Source of the DNA: Mobula hypostoma
Lineage: Eukaryota
Direction: 5' to 3'
Length of the DNA stretch: 64,000 bases
NCBI RefSeq assembly: GCF_963921235.1
Contig: NC_086107.1
Span: forward strand, 94,552,001 to 94,616,000
The notes beneath the pieces were generated by a model. The model made no database searches. It was not told where the DNA came from and saw only the letters and a list, made by a program, of their open reading frames with translations. Shown here in pieces: positions 1 through 13,373 of this stretch. Every line of letters begins with the position of its first letter. Position 1 is the first letter of the stretch. The position numbers and the translations under genes were made by a program.

Positions 1-139
1 ATTCTACTAGAAACTTCTTAGTTCTAGTAGCTGGAGTCACGCGACTTGAATCTAGCTATTTTATAGATTAATTGTTATCACTGGAAGTCTTAGCCTCAAT
101 CTTGACTCTCAAAGAAGCCTTGGATCGCAAGAACATCCG

Positions 140-385
140 GAACCAACATCTCCTATCAAATTCATTCTTCTTCAGCTCTTTCCCTCTTCCACCTATCCCC
201 TCCCAGCTTCTCACTTTATCCATACTCCCCCACCCATCTACTCTCCCCCTCGCCTGGTCTCACCCGTCTCCTGCCAGCTTGTACTCCTTCCCCTCCACCC
301 ACCTTCATATTCTGACTTCTTCCCCCTTCTTTTCCAGTGCTGATGGAGGGTCTCAGCTGAGTTCCTCCAGCATTTTGTGTGCGTT
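140..385 (+). mobile_element. Penelope-like element (PLE) 3' terminal-repeat fragment
   Basis: Pyrimidine-rich tract, then a decayed ctgatg..gggtctc motif and gagttcctccagcattttgtgtg. The same terminus is attached to GIY-YIG-coding fragments at 1115-1765 and 19125-20850. Confidence 0.7.
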
Positions 386-1114
386 GTGCAAATCTAAATG
401 AGCTTTCCTCTAATCATTCCAAACAACATTTCTTCCCCACCCCACCCCCACAAATGGGACTAGACTGTGAAGACCAGTGAACTATTCAACCATGCAAGAC
501 ATCACGACCACGACCACCAAGGGACTGAATCCTGAGCTCCAGGGGCGAAGTACGTGGAGTGCTCCAATTTCCTCAAACGTCCCAAGGAAATTCAGGTTGG
601 GTGGATGAATTGGCCACTGTAAGTTACCCCCGCTCTTGTGTGTAGGTGAGTGGTGGCACCTTGGAAGAGTTATTGAGAATGTGAGGAGAATGATACATGG
701 GATTATTGTAGGATTGGTCTAAGCGTGTGGTTGACAGTAGAACAAAGAAACACAATAGAAGCAATGCAGTGTTTTTCATTGATTCTATTGAATTTCTTTG
801 TTCTACTGTGAATGCCTGCAAGAAAATGAATCTCAGGATAGAATATAGTGGCAAATATGAAAATAAATTTACCTTGTACTCTCTGCCACAATCCAGGCCT
901 CATTGTTTATGAAGCACCAGTAGTGTCATACTGCTGGCTTTTTAAACTTGTCATAAATGCACCTTATGCTAAATGTCAATCTTCTGGAATATATTTTATT
1001 ATTTGTGGTAATATTACTTCATGTGTTGTATGTAAGATGCTTGTATTGTATTGTGCACCTTGGCCCGGAGGAATGTTGTTTCATTCGGTCGCTTACATGT
1101 ATATGGTTGAATGA

Positions 1115-1765
1115 CAGTAAACACACACAGAATGCTGGAGGAACTCAACAGGTCAGGCACCATGTATAGAAATTAATAGATAGTCCATGTTTCAGGCAGA
1201 GACCCTTCTTCAGGACTGAGAAGGAAGGGGAAAGACACCAGAAATAAAAGGTGGGGGTGGGGGGAGGGGAAGGAGGCTAGCTGGAAGGTGATAGGCAAAG
1301 CCAGGTGGATGGGAAAGGTCAAGGGCCGGAGAAGAAGGAATCCATTATGAAGAGAGTGGACCTTAGGAGGAAGGGACCCAGGAGGAAGTGACAGGCAGGT
1401 GAGAAGAAGTAAAAGGTCAGAGTGGGGAATAGATGGGGGGGTGAGGGAAGAATTTGTTTACCAGAAGGAAAAATCGATATTCATGCCATCAGGTACCCAG
1501 ATGGAACATACTGTTACTCCCCCACTCTGAGGGTGGCCTCATCATAGCACAAGAGGAGACTGTGGACCAACATGTCAGAACAGGAATGGGAATTAAAACG
1601 CTTGGCCACCAGGAAGTCCCACTTGTGGCGGATGGTGCAGAGGTGCTCAACAAAGCAGCCCCCCCCCCCAATTTAGGACGGGTCTCACCAACGTAGAGCA
1701 GGCCACACCGGACTCAATAGATGACCCGAGCAGAGTCACAGGTGAAGTGTCACCTCACCCGGAAA
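1115..1765 (-). mobile_element. PLE fragment (GIY-YIG C-terminus plus terminal repeat)
   Basis: The minus strand encodes decayed GLLYVGET..RF.EHL, HFNS and EATLR motifs, followed by the shared terminal repeat. Confidence 0.75.
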
Positions 1766-2204
1766 CTTGAACTTGACCCTGACTTACATCGATGGCCAGC
1801 ATGGACAATGCGACGAAGGGCCGGTCTCTGTGCTGCCTCTTCCTCGCTCTCGCCCTGTGTAACTGCTTCCCTCTTCACCCTTAGCACACTCAGCTCCCCG
1901 CCTGGACTTATCGCTCCCTTGATTATCATTCCATTTTACAGTGACCACGTGAAGTAAGCTGCCTCAGAGAGCAAGGAGACAGACTGAGAAAGTAGGGTGG
2001 GGGGGGGTCCCTCTTCTGTTAAGCTTCATAATAACAACTTGCTTTCATTACAGAATTGGTATTCGATCATTATAGTCACGTGTACCAGAGTGCAAAGCTT
2101 GTCTTGCCTACTGTTTATTCAGATCCATTCACCGCACAATGAACTGAATTAGTAATAGAAAACATTCCATCAACTCCTCTCCCATGACCACAAGAAACTC
2201 CTCT

Positions 2205-2880
2205 CCCATGACCTCAGAGCGATCAGAAGTGGAGAGAGTGAGCAGTTTCAAGTTCCCAGGTGTCAACATCTCTGAGGATCTAACCTGGGCCCAACACACC
2301 GATGCAGCTACAAAGAAGGCACAACAGCGGATATACTTCATCAGGAGTTTGAGGAGCTTTGGTACGTCACCAAAAGCACTCGAAAACTTCTACAGATGTA
2401 CTGTGGAGAGCATTCTAACTAGCTACATCACCATCTCTGGTATCGGGGGGGGGGGTACTGTACAGAATCAAAATAAGCTGCAACGAGTTGTAAACTTAGT
2501 CAGCTCTATCATGGGCACTAGTAAACAGGACATCTTCAAGGAGCCATGCCTCAAAAAGGTCGGTGTCCATCATGAAGGACACCCCGTCACCCAGGTCATG
2601 TGTTCTTCCATTGCTACCATCAGGAAGGAGGTACAGAAGCCTGAAGGCACACACTCAACGATTCAGAAACAGCTTCTTCCCCTCTGCCATCCGATTCTGA
2701 ATGGTCTTTGAACCCATGAACACTACCTCACTACTTTTATTTCTATTTTTGTACTACTCATTTAACTATATATATTATTTACTGTAATTCAGTATTTTTT
2801 CTATTATTATGTATTGCAATGAACTGCTGCCTCAAAAACAACAAATTTCACGACCTATGCCGGTGATATTAAACCTGACT
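2205..2880 (+). mobile_element. Rex1/Babar-like LINE 3' fragment
   Basis: ORF 2184-2711 has VERVSSFKFPGVNISEDLTW and NFYRCTVESILT, typical post-RT C-terminal motifs, followed by an AT-rich 3' UTR. Confidence 0.8.
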
Positions 2881-4178
2881 CTGAGAGTTGTGGACACAAC
2901 ACAGCACATCACGTGAACCAGCCTTGCCTCCGTGGACTCTGTCTGTGCTTTACACTGTCTCAGTAAAGCAGCCAGCATAATTTTAACCCTACCCACCCCA
3001 GACATTCTCTCTTCTCCCCTCTCCCACTGGGCAGAAGATACAAAAGCCTGAAAGCACGTCCTACCATCTTCTATCCCACTGTTATCAGACTCTTGATCTT
3101 TTACATGATAAGACAAACTCTCATCCTCACAGTCTACCTCATTTTGATCGTGCACCTGAACTGTACATTTTCAGTTCTCTTTACACTTTGTTCTGCATTG
3201 TTATTGTTTTACCTCATTCTACCTCCATGCACTGCATAATGACTTGATCTGTATGAACAGAATGCACAACAAGCTTTTCATACTAATACCAATAAAACAG
3301 TAACAGAATGCAGAATAAAGTGTAACAGCTAATCAGCACCTTACAATCTAACTGCTAGTGCAGGTAGACAATAAGGTCATAAATGAGATAGAGAGTAAAG
3401 TCAAGAGGCTGCTCTAGGAGACCTTTCCAACAACGGGATAGAAGCTGTCGTTGAGCCTTGTGCTACAAGATTTCACACTTTTGGAGGACAGGAGGGGAGC
3501 AAAGAAAGAATGTCTGGGGTGGGTGGGGTCTTTGATTATGCTGGCTGCTTTATTGAAAAAGTGTAGACTGAGTCCACAGAAGGGAGGCTGGCTTCTGGGA
3601 TGTGCAAAGTTGTGTCCACAGGCAGAACAGTTGCCATACTGTGGTGCATTTGGATAGGATGCTTTCCAGATGGGGCACATTGATGAAAATTGGTATGGGT
3701 TGATGGGGATATGCCAGATTTCTTTAGCCTCATGAGGAGTACAGGCATTGCAGAGTTTTCTTCATCTTGGCATCCACATAGTTAAACGAGGACAAGCTAT
3801 TGGTGACATGTAACTCTCAACCTGCAAACCCGTTGATGTGGACGAGATCATGTGCACCAACCCCCCCCCCCCCACCACCACCACCACCACTTCCTGAAGT
3901 CAATGACCTGCTCTTTTATTGACTGACATTGAGGCAAAGGTTATTGTCATGACAATATGACACTGGGCTTTTATATCCTTCCTGTACTGATTGTTACTTG
4001 CGGTGTGGCCCAATACGGTGGTGTCATCTGCAAACTTGTAGATGGACTGAGAGCAGAATCTGGCCACGCAGTTGTGAGTGTTCAGGGATTGGGGAAGGCA
4101 GCAGAGGACGTGCCCTTGTGGGGCACCTGTGCTTAGAATATAGCAGCTTTAACATAGTAAAACTCCGTTAAAATGCTT

Positions 4179-4370
4179 GGAATGGACTGCCGGCAGCGGT
4201 GGTGGAGGCGGAAACAATAGGGTCCTTTAAGAGACTCCTGGATGGGTACATGGAGCTTAGAAAAATAAAGGGCTATGGGTAAGCCTAACTAGTTCTAAGG
4301 TAAGGACATGTTCGGCACAGTTTTGTGGGCCGAAGGGCCTGTATTGTGCTGTAGGTTTTCTATGTTTTTA
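4179..4370 (+). mobile_element. 5'-truncated CR1 3' end with imperfect target-site duplication
   Basis: WNGLP..VVEA coding remnant and CR1-like tail. Flanked by taaaactcc-(2-3 nt)-aaaatgctt at 4158-4178 and 4371-4390. Confidence 0.7.
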
Positions 4371-4509
4371 TAAAACTCCCCAAAATGCTTCTCAGTCAAG
4401 TAAAATAAGCTGTTAATATTGACATTTGCTTAACGGAGAATGCCTGTTTAATGTGAGGAAGCTGACGCACAGGCAGCCTCCACACAGTCCATAATAAATT
4501 GGGGTCAGG

Positions 4510-4750
4510 GAGCAGTGGCATGGAGTGCGAGATGACTGGGGGGGCCCTTCCTCTGTCTTCACTGTGATGCATCATCAGCTTTCGCCAGCTCCATTGCTGA
4601 GGTCTCGGTTGGAGCACTCTTTTTCCGGACATCCCCTTGACCTTACCACCATGGGTGACCCTACCAAGAGCTAACTACCAGACAGCATCACTTTCAGGAT
4701 CTCAAAAACTCATAGGCCTCTCAAACACAAAATGGTGATGATCCTCAAAG
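4510..4750 (-). mobile_element. RTE-derived non-autonomous fragment (5' UTR-like)
   Basis: The reverse complement contains ctcttggtagggtcacccatg, also present in the element at 52146-52548. Confidence 0.6.
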
Positions 4751-5109
4751 AAGATTGCCAACATCAGTTTTAAGGAACGCCTTAAGTAGAGGAATGAAAA
4801 GGCATAGAAGTGTTTCAGAACAGAAGTCCTAATGAAGGGTCTCGGCCTGAAACGACGACTGTTTATTCTTCTCCATTGATGCTACCTCGCCTGCCGAGTT
4901 CCTCCAGCTTTTTGTGTGTGTTGTTTTGGATTTCCAGCATTTGCAGATTTTCTCATGTTTCAGGACAGAGTTTCAGAGCCTGAAGCACCGCTATTGACAG
5001 CTAATAGTGGGGCATTTAAATCTGGGGACAAGGAAGAGGCCAGACTTAGAGAAACACAGATATTGTAGAAAGTCTAAGAGTTCAAAATTCAAAGTTTTCT
5101 AAAAAATTT

Positions 5110-5380
5110 ATTGAGATACAGCGCGGAATAGGTCCTTCCGGCCCTTCCAGTTGCGCTGCCTAGCAACCCCCGATAGAACCCTAGCCTAATCACAGGACAG
5201 TTTACAATGACCAATTAACCTACCAACCCCACGTCTTTGGACTGTGGGAGGAAACCGAGGCATCCGGAGGAAACTCACACAGTCACGGGGAGAATGTATA
5301 AACTCCTTACAGGCAGCAGTGGGAATTGAACCTGGGTCACTTGTACTGTAAAGCGTCGTGCTAACCACTACGCTACCGTA
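5110..5380 (-). mobile_element. tRNA-derived SINE (V-SINE/HE1-like)
   Basis: Minus strand has A-box/B-box-like gtggttagca and ggttcaattccc, then the core gtttcctccggatgcctcggtttcctcccacagtccaaagac. Confidence 0.8.
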
Positions 5381-6218
5381 CCCTTGCAGATTTTATTATC
5401 AAAGTACATACATGTCACCGTACAACACCGACAAAATGCTGGAGCAACTCAGCAGGTCAGGCAGCACCCATGGAAGTGAATACACAGTCGATGTTCTGAG
5501 CCAGGACCCTTCATCAGGACCGTAACCATATACTTCCCTGAGATTCATTTTGCAGGCATTCGCAGTAGAACAAATAAATGAAAAACCAATCAATGAAAAA
5601 CTATACACAAAAATCAATGAAAAACCATACACAAAGAAGGGTAACCAACCAACATGGAAATACAAAAAAAAATAATAATATACTGTGAATATGAGTTGCA
5701 TTGAATTGAATTGAATTGACTTTATTGCTTACATCCTTCATATTCATGAGGAGTAAAAACCTTTACATCTCCATCTAGATGTGCAATTTATAATAAATAG
5801 TATGTACAACAGGACAGTCAATATAACATAGAAACACAGTTGTGTCTGCATGAGTTAAGCAGTCTGACGGCCTGCTGGAAAAAGCTGTACCCGGAGCCTG
5901 TTGATTCTGGCTTTTATGCTGTGGTACTGTTTCCCAGATGGTAGCAGCTGGAACAGTTTGTGGTTAGGGAGTCCATAGGTCAGTTACTCATACAGGTTCA
6001 GGAGTGAGGAGAACGCAGAGATAGGGACGAGGGCGAGTATGCAGAGAAATTTGTAAAGGAGGAATTTAAAAGGCTAGCAAGTCTCAAGAGTTATGTCCAG
6101 CCAAGGAACTCAGTGTCGCTCATACCCACCCAAGGAGTCATTTCAAACTTCAAATACCCAGTTCTGTTCTGACAGAAAGCAGTACTGTATGTTCCTAATT
6201 TCAGAATTAGGGGCATGA

Positions 6219-6480
6219 GGCGGTGTGGTAGCGTAATGGTTAGCACAACGCTTTACAGTACAGGCGATCGGGGTTCATTCTCTGTCGCTGCCTATAAGAA
6301 GTTAGTACGTTCTCCCCGTGATAGCGTGCATTTCCTCCAGGTGCTCCAGTTTCCCACAGTCCAAAGACTTACCGGTTGGTAAGTTAATTGGTAATTGTAA
6401 ATCGTCCCGTGATTAGGCCAGGGTGAAATCGAGGGCTGTCGGGCAGCATGGCTTGAAGGGCCTATTCTGCACTATAGTTC
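6219..6480 (+). mobile_element. tRNA-derived SINE (V-SINE/HE1-like)
   Basis: tRNA-like head, V-domain-like core and CR1-like tail. Further copies at about 545-710, 7243-7515, 7535-7660, 23305-23510, 23790-23970, 24700-24880, 26555-26840, 43600-43730, 45425-45525 and 55830-56075. Confidence 0.8.
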
Positions 6481-6924
6481 AACACATTTTTTTTAAAACA
6501 CATTTCCAATGCAAGAAACTCTTTACCTCTAAGCCAGCTCAGGAATATACAATTGTAACGAGACCATAAGACATAGAAGCTAAATTAGGCCTGTAAAATC
6601 ACCATACTGCTTTTGTGCTGAAAATCACTCTTACTTGCAACCTCAGTGAAATTACTTCTGCAGGATTTCTATGTTCCTGTGGCTTCAAAGTGATTTTTGA
6701 ATAGGTGGAATGGAATAGTTTTGGTTCATCATTGTCACATGAACCACGATACAGTGAGAAGATTCTCTTGCATACCGTTCATACAGATCAGATCACTACA
6801 CAGTTCACCAAGCTAGAGAAAGGTAAAACAATTACCAGAATGCAGAATAAAGTATAACAGCAGTGCAGGGCAACAATAAAGAAAGATTTGCTTTATAGAA
6901 ACACAAAGTGAAATGCATTAACAA

Positions 6925-7100
6925 GAGAAAACCCTCAGACGCTGGAAATCTGAGCAACACACACAAACTGCTGGAGGAACTCAGCAGGCCAGGCAGCATC
7001 TATGGAAAAGAGTACAGGGTCTCGGCCTGAAACATCAACTGTACTTTTTTTTTACATAGATGCCGCCTGGGCTGCTGAGTTCCTCCAGCATTTTGCGTGC
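6925..7100. repeat. Fold-back (inverted) PLE terminal repeat
   Basis: About 6958-7018 is the reverse complement of about 7039-7099. Confidence 0.8.
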
Positions 7101-8344
7101 ATTGAAGTGAAACGCATTGTTTTGCATCAATGGCCAACGCACAACACAGTCCGAGGATGTCCTAGGGGCAGCCGGCAAGTGTCACCATGCTTCCGGTGCC
7201 AACCACAGCACGCCAACAATTTACCATCCCGTACGTCATTGGGTGGCATGACGGCGTAGTGCTTACCACAAAGCTTGACGGCACCGGCTGTAAGATCAGG
7301 GTTCGATTCCCGCCACTGTCTGTAAGGAGTTTGCACACTCTCCCCGCGAGCGCGTGGGTCTCCTCCCACGTTCCAGAGATGTACGGGTAGGGTTAGCGAG
7401 TTGCTGGCGCCAGAAGTGTGGTGACGTTTGTGGGCCGCCCAGCAAAACCCTCACTGATTTGACTTGATGCAAGTGACAAACGTCACTACCTATATCACGT
7501 AACAAATAAAGCTCCTCTTTGCTCTTTAAAATCTTTGGAAATATGGGAGGAAACTCGAGCACCCGAGCGGTCACAGGGAGAACGTGCAAACTCCCTAAAG
7601 GCAGCGGTGGGAACTGAACCCCCATTTGCCGGTACTGTAAGGGATTATACTGACTGCTACGCATAAGGTGCAAGGTCATAACGATGTAGATTGTGAGGTA
7701 AGGAGTCCACCTTATTGTGCTCGGGAACTGTTCAACAGTGAGGTGGAAGCTGGTCTTCAATGTCTGCTTCCAAGATCTCTCCTGAGCCGACGAAGTGATG
7801 CTGGCAGAGGTAGCCACTCACTCTGTGATTCCAGTTCCATCCAATAGATTTTTAACCCATCTCCCCAAATCTGTGGAGCTTATTCCATAGTCTGCTATTA
7901 ATAAAATGGTCAACCAGTTAGTGACGTCAGCAGCCCCAATTAGGGGCAAGTCCCTGTGTGCACTTCCAGCCATTCCGTCCCACCCCAGAAGGCGAGCTTC
8001 TGTGGGCAGTGTGAGCTCAGTACTGTATCACCACTAGGTAAGCAGGTACCGGTCTTCACAGAATCACAGAAAGGTGACAATACAAAGCCAGTCATTCAGT
8101 TTGCAGAATCAGTGTCAGCATACCAACTGATACAAGAGCAATCCAGCAAGTCCTGAAATTCATTCTCCTCTCAAAGGAAATTTATTATCAAAGTACCTAT
8201 ACTTCATTTTCTTGCAGGCATTCACAGGACACGCACAGAGAAACAAAAGAGTCAATGAGAAACCACACACTAACAAAGACCGGCAAACAACCAATGTGGA
8301 AAAGGCAAACTTTGCAAATGCAAATAGAAGTATATGAATAACAA

Positions 8345-8930
8345 ACACAAAATAGTCTGCAGGTGCTGGAAATCCAGAGTAGCACACACAGAATGCTGGA
8401 GGAACTCAGCAGCCTCAGGCAGCATCCATGAAAATGCATCCACAGTCAACGTTTCGGGCTGAGACCCTTCTCCAGGACTGGAAAGGAAGGGGGAAGATGC
8501 CAGAATGAAAGGGTGGGGGGGAGAGGCAGGAAGGTGCTAGAAGGTAATAGGTGAAGCCGGGAGGGAGGTAAAGGCAAAGAGCTGGAGAGGAAGGAATCTG
8601 GTAGGAGAGTAGAATGGACCATAAGAGAAAGGGAAGAAGGAGGATCACCGGGGGACGCGATAGGTAGGTGAGGAGAGGCAAGAGGCCAGAATGGGGATCG
8701 GAAGAAGGGGGAAGGGGTAGAACTTTTTTTAATCCGGAAGAAGAAATCGATATTCATGCCATCAAGCTGAAGGCTACCCAGACAGTGTTGCTCCTCCAGC
8801 CTGAGGGTGGCCTCATCATGGCACAAGGAGGTCACGGTCCGACATGCCGGAATGGGATCGGAATTAAAATGTTTGGCCACTAGGAAGTTCCGCTTTAGGC
8901 GGATGGAGCACAGGTGCTTGACCTCCGCTC
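8345..8930 (-). mobile_element. PLE fragment with near-intact hammerhead motif (8443-8480)
   Basis: ORF 8446-8949 has VAKHFNS..CHDEATLRLEEQH. Minus strand reads cagtc ctggagaa gggtctcagccc gaaac gtt gactg. Confidence 0.8.
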
Positions 8931-10079
8931 CGTAACAAATAAATAACACAGAGTCCTTTGAAGTGAGTTTACAGGTTGTGGAATCAGTACAGTGTTGAGG
9001 TGAGTGATGTTCTCCACACTGGTTCAGGAGCCTGTCGGTTAAAAGGCAATAACTACTGCTGAACCTAGTAGTGTGGGATCCTGCACCTTCTTTCTGAAGG
9101 CAACAGCGAGGAGAGACGATGGCCTAGATGGTGGAGGTCCTTTAAGATGGACGCTGCTTTCTTGTGGCAGTGCTCCTTGCGGGAGTGCTCAATGGTGGGG
9201 AGGGCTTTGCCTGTGATGGACTGGGCTGTATCCACCATTTATGCAGCTCCCCTCTGAGAACTTTGATTGATCCTGCCTTCACTATTCCCCACTGCAGATT
9301 CTATCCACCAGGCATGTCAAGAAGTTTTCTTTTCAAACTATCACCTCAGGTTCAGATTCATTTATTTATCACACGTACCTCAAAGCTGGAGGTTGGAGGC
9401 CTGATGTCTGAGAGCCTTGGGCCAAGGACTGGGTGATGGGAGGCCTGGAGACACCCTGTCCTAAGGACGTACCCCAAGGACGTGCTGAGGGCAACCCATG
9501 GAGTCACCAAACAGCATCAATTTAGTAAGCCCACCATGTTCTGCAGAACAACACAAACAGCAACAACAACAACAGGTAAACAAGCTTCTTCCCCACCCTC
9601 CCCACTCACAGTCAGGCCTCTAACCCTGGTACAGGGTGCCTCTGGGCCTCCAGCTTCCAGTCCCTGGCCCGGACCTGTTGAGCTCCACTTCAACCTTTGT
9701 GCCTTGACCTCCGGACTTGCTGACATGATGGGTGGGGAGGAACCAGCCCTTCTACATTTGGTAAATGTCATTATAAGACGTATTAGTGGAGGTAAATCTG
9801 GCTAGGGACTTATCAGTGCACGGAAAATGCTGGAAGAACTCAAGCATCACCTATGGAGAGAAATAAACACTCGACGTTTCGAGCCAAGACCCTGTATCAG
9901 GACTGGAAAGGAGGGGAACGGAAGCCAATTGCCTTCATTCTCGCTGGTTCTTGATAAATCCATCAATGGGAACATCTTTCTTCTATCAGCTCCGTCTCTG
10001 TCCCTGCATGGCTTCAACTACCTTTAATCAAGCCACCTAAATTATGACTGGAGGAGAGAATTGCCTGTGACCATCAGAA

Positions 10080-10600
10080 GAAACACCTGTCAGTCCATGG
10101 CCTCCTTTACTGCTATGAAGAGGCCACCCTCAGGCTGGAAGAGTAACACCTCATATTCCTCCAACCTGATGACATGAGGGTAAATTTCTCGAACTTCCGG
10201 TTATTCCTTCTCTTTCCCACTTCTCTCTTTTTTCCAGTCAAAGGACTGGTTTCCCTCTCAGTCCTTCTCTCCTCCTCACCTGCCCATCACCTCCCACTGG
10301 TTTCCCTGCCCCTTCCTTTTCTATGCTCCACTATCCACTCCTGTCAGATTCCTTCTTCTTCTGCCCTTTACCTCTTCCACCTGTCTCCTCCCAGCTTCTT
10401 ACTTCACCCTTCCTCCCCCCACCCACCCAGCTTCCCCCTCACCTGCCACCTTGTACTCTTCCCCTCCTCCTACCATCTTACTCTGGCTCCTTCCCCCAGT
10501 CCTGATGAAGCGTCTCGGCTGAAACTTCAGCTGTTCATTCCCCCTCCACGGATGCTGTCTGACCTGCCGAGTTCCTTCAGCATCTTGTGGGGGTTGCATG
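10080..10600 (+). mobile_element. PLE 3' fragment
   Basis: EATLRLEE remnant, pyrimidine tract and a decayed hammerhead motif at about 10497-10533. Confidence 0.75.
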
Positions 10601-11167
10601 ACGATTCTTCGCCTTCCTTGACTCGGAGCTGCTGAGAATCAGTGCTAAGATGCCCAGGTCAGGCAGAGTTCACAAGCATTACACAATGAATGGTTTCTGT
10701 TCACAATGTTTGTCAGGCGCTTTGTGCACAGGACTCTCAGGACCAGCAAGAACAGGGGATTTTTTTTTTTCTTCTCACCTCATAGACCACATAGAACCAG
10801 TTCAGAGAAGGAGGTGAGTTTCATCCCAGTAGGCGGCTTGCCTTCCATATTTGAAGCTTTATTTGAATGGATCTTCTTGTGCCCAAGTCATACCCTGATT
10901 ATACACAATGCATCTCTGGACAATGCCCCATCAGCAAACAGCTGGGAAAACTGATTGAAAGCATAGACACAAGTTAACCATCATTTAACCTGTGCGTAAA
11001 CCATCACCCCAACATTAACCAGAAAGCAAAATTAATTGAAATGAAAGAACAACTGATATTGGTTAAACAGCATGGGACAACGTGAGAACAACAGGATTGA
11101 GTTGATGAAGATCAAAGTGACATTTCACTTTGTTGCAGCCAGTTGCAGAACGGAGAACCCTCCACAT

Positions 11168-11760
11168 TCATAAGCCATAGGAGCTGAATTAGGCCTTTCA
11201 GCCCATCATGTCTGCTCTATCATTCGATCATGGCTGACTTATGGTGCCTCTCAACCCCATTCACCTGCCTTCTCCCCCGCAACCTTTTTCACCCTTGTTA
11301 TTCAAGAACCTGTCAACATCCACTTTAAATACCCAATGACTTGGCCTCCACAGTCGTCTGTGGTAATGAATTCCACAGACTCACCACCTTCTGGCTAAAG
11401 AAATTCCCCTTCATCTCCATTCTAAGTCAATGTCCCTCTATTCTGAGGCAGTGCACTTTGATCCTAGACTCTCCCACCATAGGAAACATCCTCTCCACAT
11501 CCACTCTATCTAGGCCTTTCAATATGCGATAGATTTCAGTAAGATTCTCTCTCTCATTCTTCTAAACTCCAATGAGTACAGGCCCAGAGTCATTAAACAC
11601 ACTTATACATTAACCCTTTCGTTCCTGGGATTATTCTTGTAAACCCTCCACCTGGACACTAATGCCAACATATTCTTTCTTAAATATGCGGTCCTAAACG
11701 TCTCACAATACTCCAAATACAGTCTGACTAATGCCTTATAAAGTCGTAGCATTACATAAG
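11168..11760 (-). mobile_element. CR1 LINE 3' fragment
   Basis: Minus strand encodes decayed LVR.YLEYC and FFSQKVVSLWNSLP motifs plus a CR1 3' UTR. Confidence 0.85.
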
Positions 11761-12194
11761 ACCATAGGACTAGTTACCCTTGAATGGTCAAACAAAATAC
11801 ACAGGGCAAGAGAATTTTTTTAAAAACCCTTTTTGTTGCGTCCACTGTTTTTTTTAATTCAACGGTTGACAAAATCTGCAGGCTACTGATGATGCAGGGG
11901 AGGGAGGAGAGAAGATCTGCTCCTGGCCTCATGTAAACAGGAAATAAACACAGCACTCCCCTCACTCACCTACATTTACAATGCATCATCTAAACAGGAT
12001 CACTCCCACACAGCACTCCCCTGCCCATGTTCAATGCCATTGAACTTCAGACCCCATTAAATCACTAACCACGCGTCCTTACCAGCCTGTGTATGAATTA
12101 CGTGAAGTTTATTCGTTGGATTTCCATCCCTTTATAACTTTTTTTCCTCCTCTCTCTCTCTTCCCCTCTCCAGCAGCTTTGACAACTTCAGGGG

Positions 12195-12545
12195 CACTCC
12201 CACGCAACCTAACGCAGCGCTGGCCGGAGCCCCGCCTTTCCGCAGATGCTTCCGGATTCCCATTGGCTTAGTTTCCCCCAAATCTCTCCTTTTACTGGTT
12301 GATCATCGCGTCTATCAGCGCTGCGCCAGCAAGCTAGGTTGAGGGCAGCCAGAAACCACTTCCGGCGGAAGGCGGCGGTGTTATGTAATTTGTTTCAAAC
12401 AGTTGTATTTATTTAACGTGTATTTACGGAACAAGAGGTAAGAAAAAATTGAATTCGATATTTATAAGTACTTTATGCCAATTAATACGCGCTGACTGAT
12501 CTTTGCCCCTCTGTGGGTTGCGGCATTTGGCGCCATCTTTGTGAG
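12195..12545. promoter_or_regulatory. CpG-rich housekeeping-type promoter, possibly bidirectional
   Basis: Local CpG enrichment; GC box 12230-12237; ATTGG 12262-12266; paired ETS sites CACTTCCGG/CGGAAG 12357-12371; TTTGGCGC 12526-12533 overlapping YY1-like CGCCATCTT 12531-12539. Outward-facing donors: GAG|GTAAGA (+, 12437|12438) and CTG|GTAAGG (-, 12083|12082). Confidence 0.75.
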
Positions 12546-13373
12546 GGGCATAATCCAGGCTATCAAGGGCTCAGATGGTTTAAATTTAATGCCATAAACA
12601 TGCATGCACTCGATATAAATACCATCAGATCATTTTTATAGCAGCACAGTACATTACAGACATAAATTAGTATAAACTTAACACAGATTATACATAGCTG
12701 AAAACCAGAAACATCACTAAACTCCCTCACCATCAGAATCAAGTGAAATATGTCATTAAATTTTGCAGCAGCAGTACATTGCAATGCAATACAATAAAAA
12801 GTGTGTCTTCAGGCTCCTGCATCTCCTCCTTGTTGGTAGCAATGAGAAGAGTCCTGAGTCCTGGCATGTCCTGGGTGGTGGAGGTCCTTAATGACGGATA
12901 CCCCATTTTGAAGGTATCCTCTTTTGAAGATGTCTTCGATGCTGGGGAGGCTAGTGGCCGTGATGGAACTGGCTTGAGTTTGCAACTTTCTGCAGCTTTG
13001 TCCTTTCCTCTATACCAAATGGTGATGCAACAAGATAGAATACACCCTTGGAGATTTTGGTGACTCCTCTAAGTCCTAATGAAACAGAGCCACTGGCATG
13101 TCTTCTTCATGATTCCATCAATGTGGTGGGCCCAGGATAGATCTTCAGAGGTGCTGACACCCAGGAACTTAAAACTGCTCACTGTTTCCAGGTGTTCCCT
13201 TGACTTTCCCTTTCTGACATCTACGATCACACTCCTTGGTCGTACTGACGTTGAGTGCAAGGTTGTTCTACCACTCAACCAGCTGACCTATCCCACTCCT
13301 GTACGCCTCCTCATCACCACCTGAAATTCTGCCAATAACGGTTGTGTCATCAGCAAGTTTATAGATTTCAGCT

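Noticed and set aside
6219..6290. tRNA gene
   Set aside because: It is a SINE head with no complete cloverleaf and continues into the SINE core.
10778..10883. Minus-strand coding exon
   Set aside because: All three frames contain stops; at most a non-coding exon.
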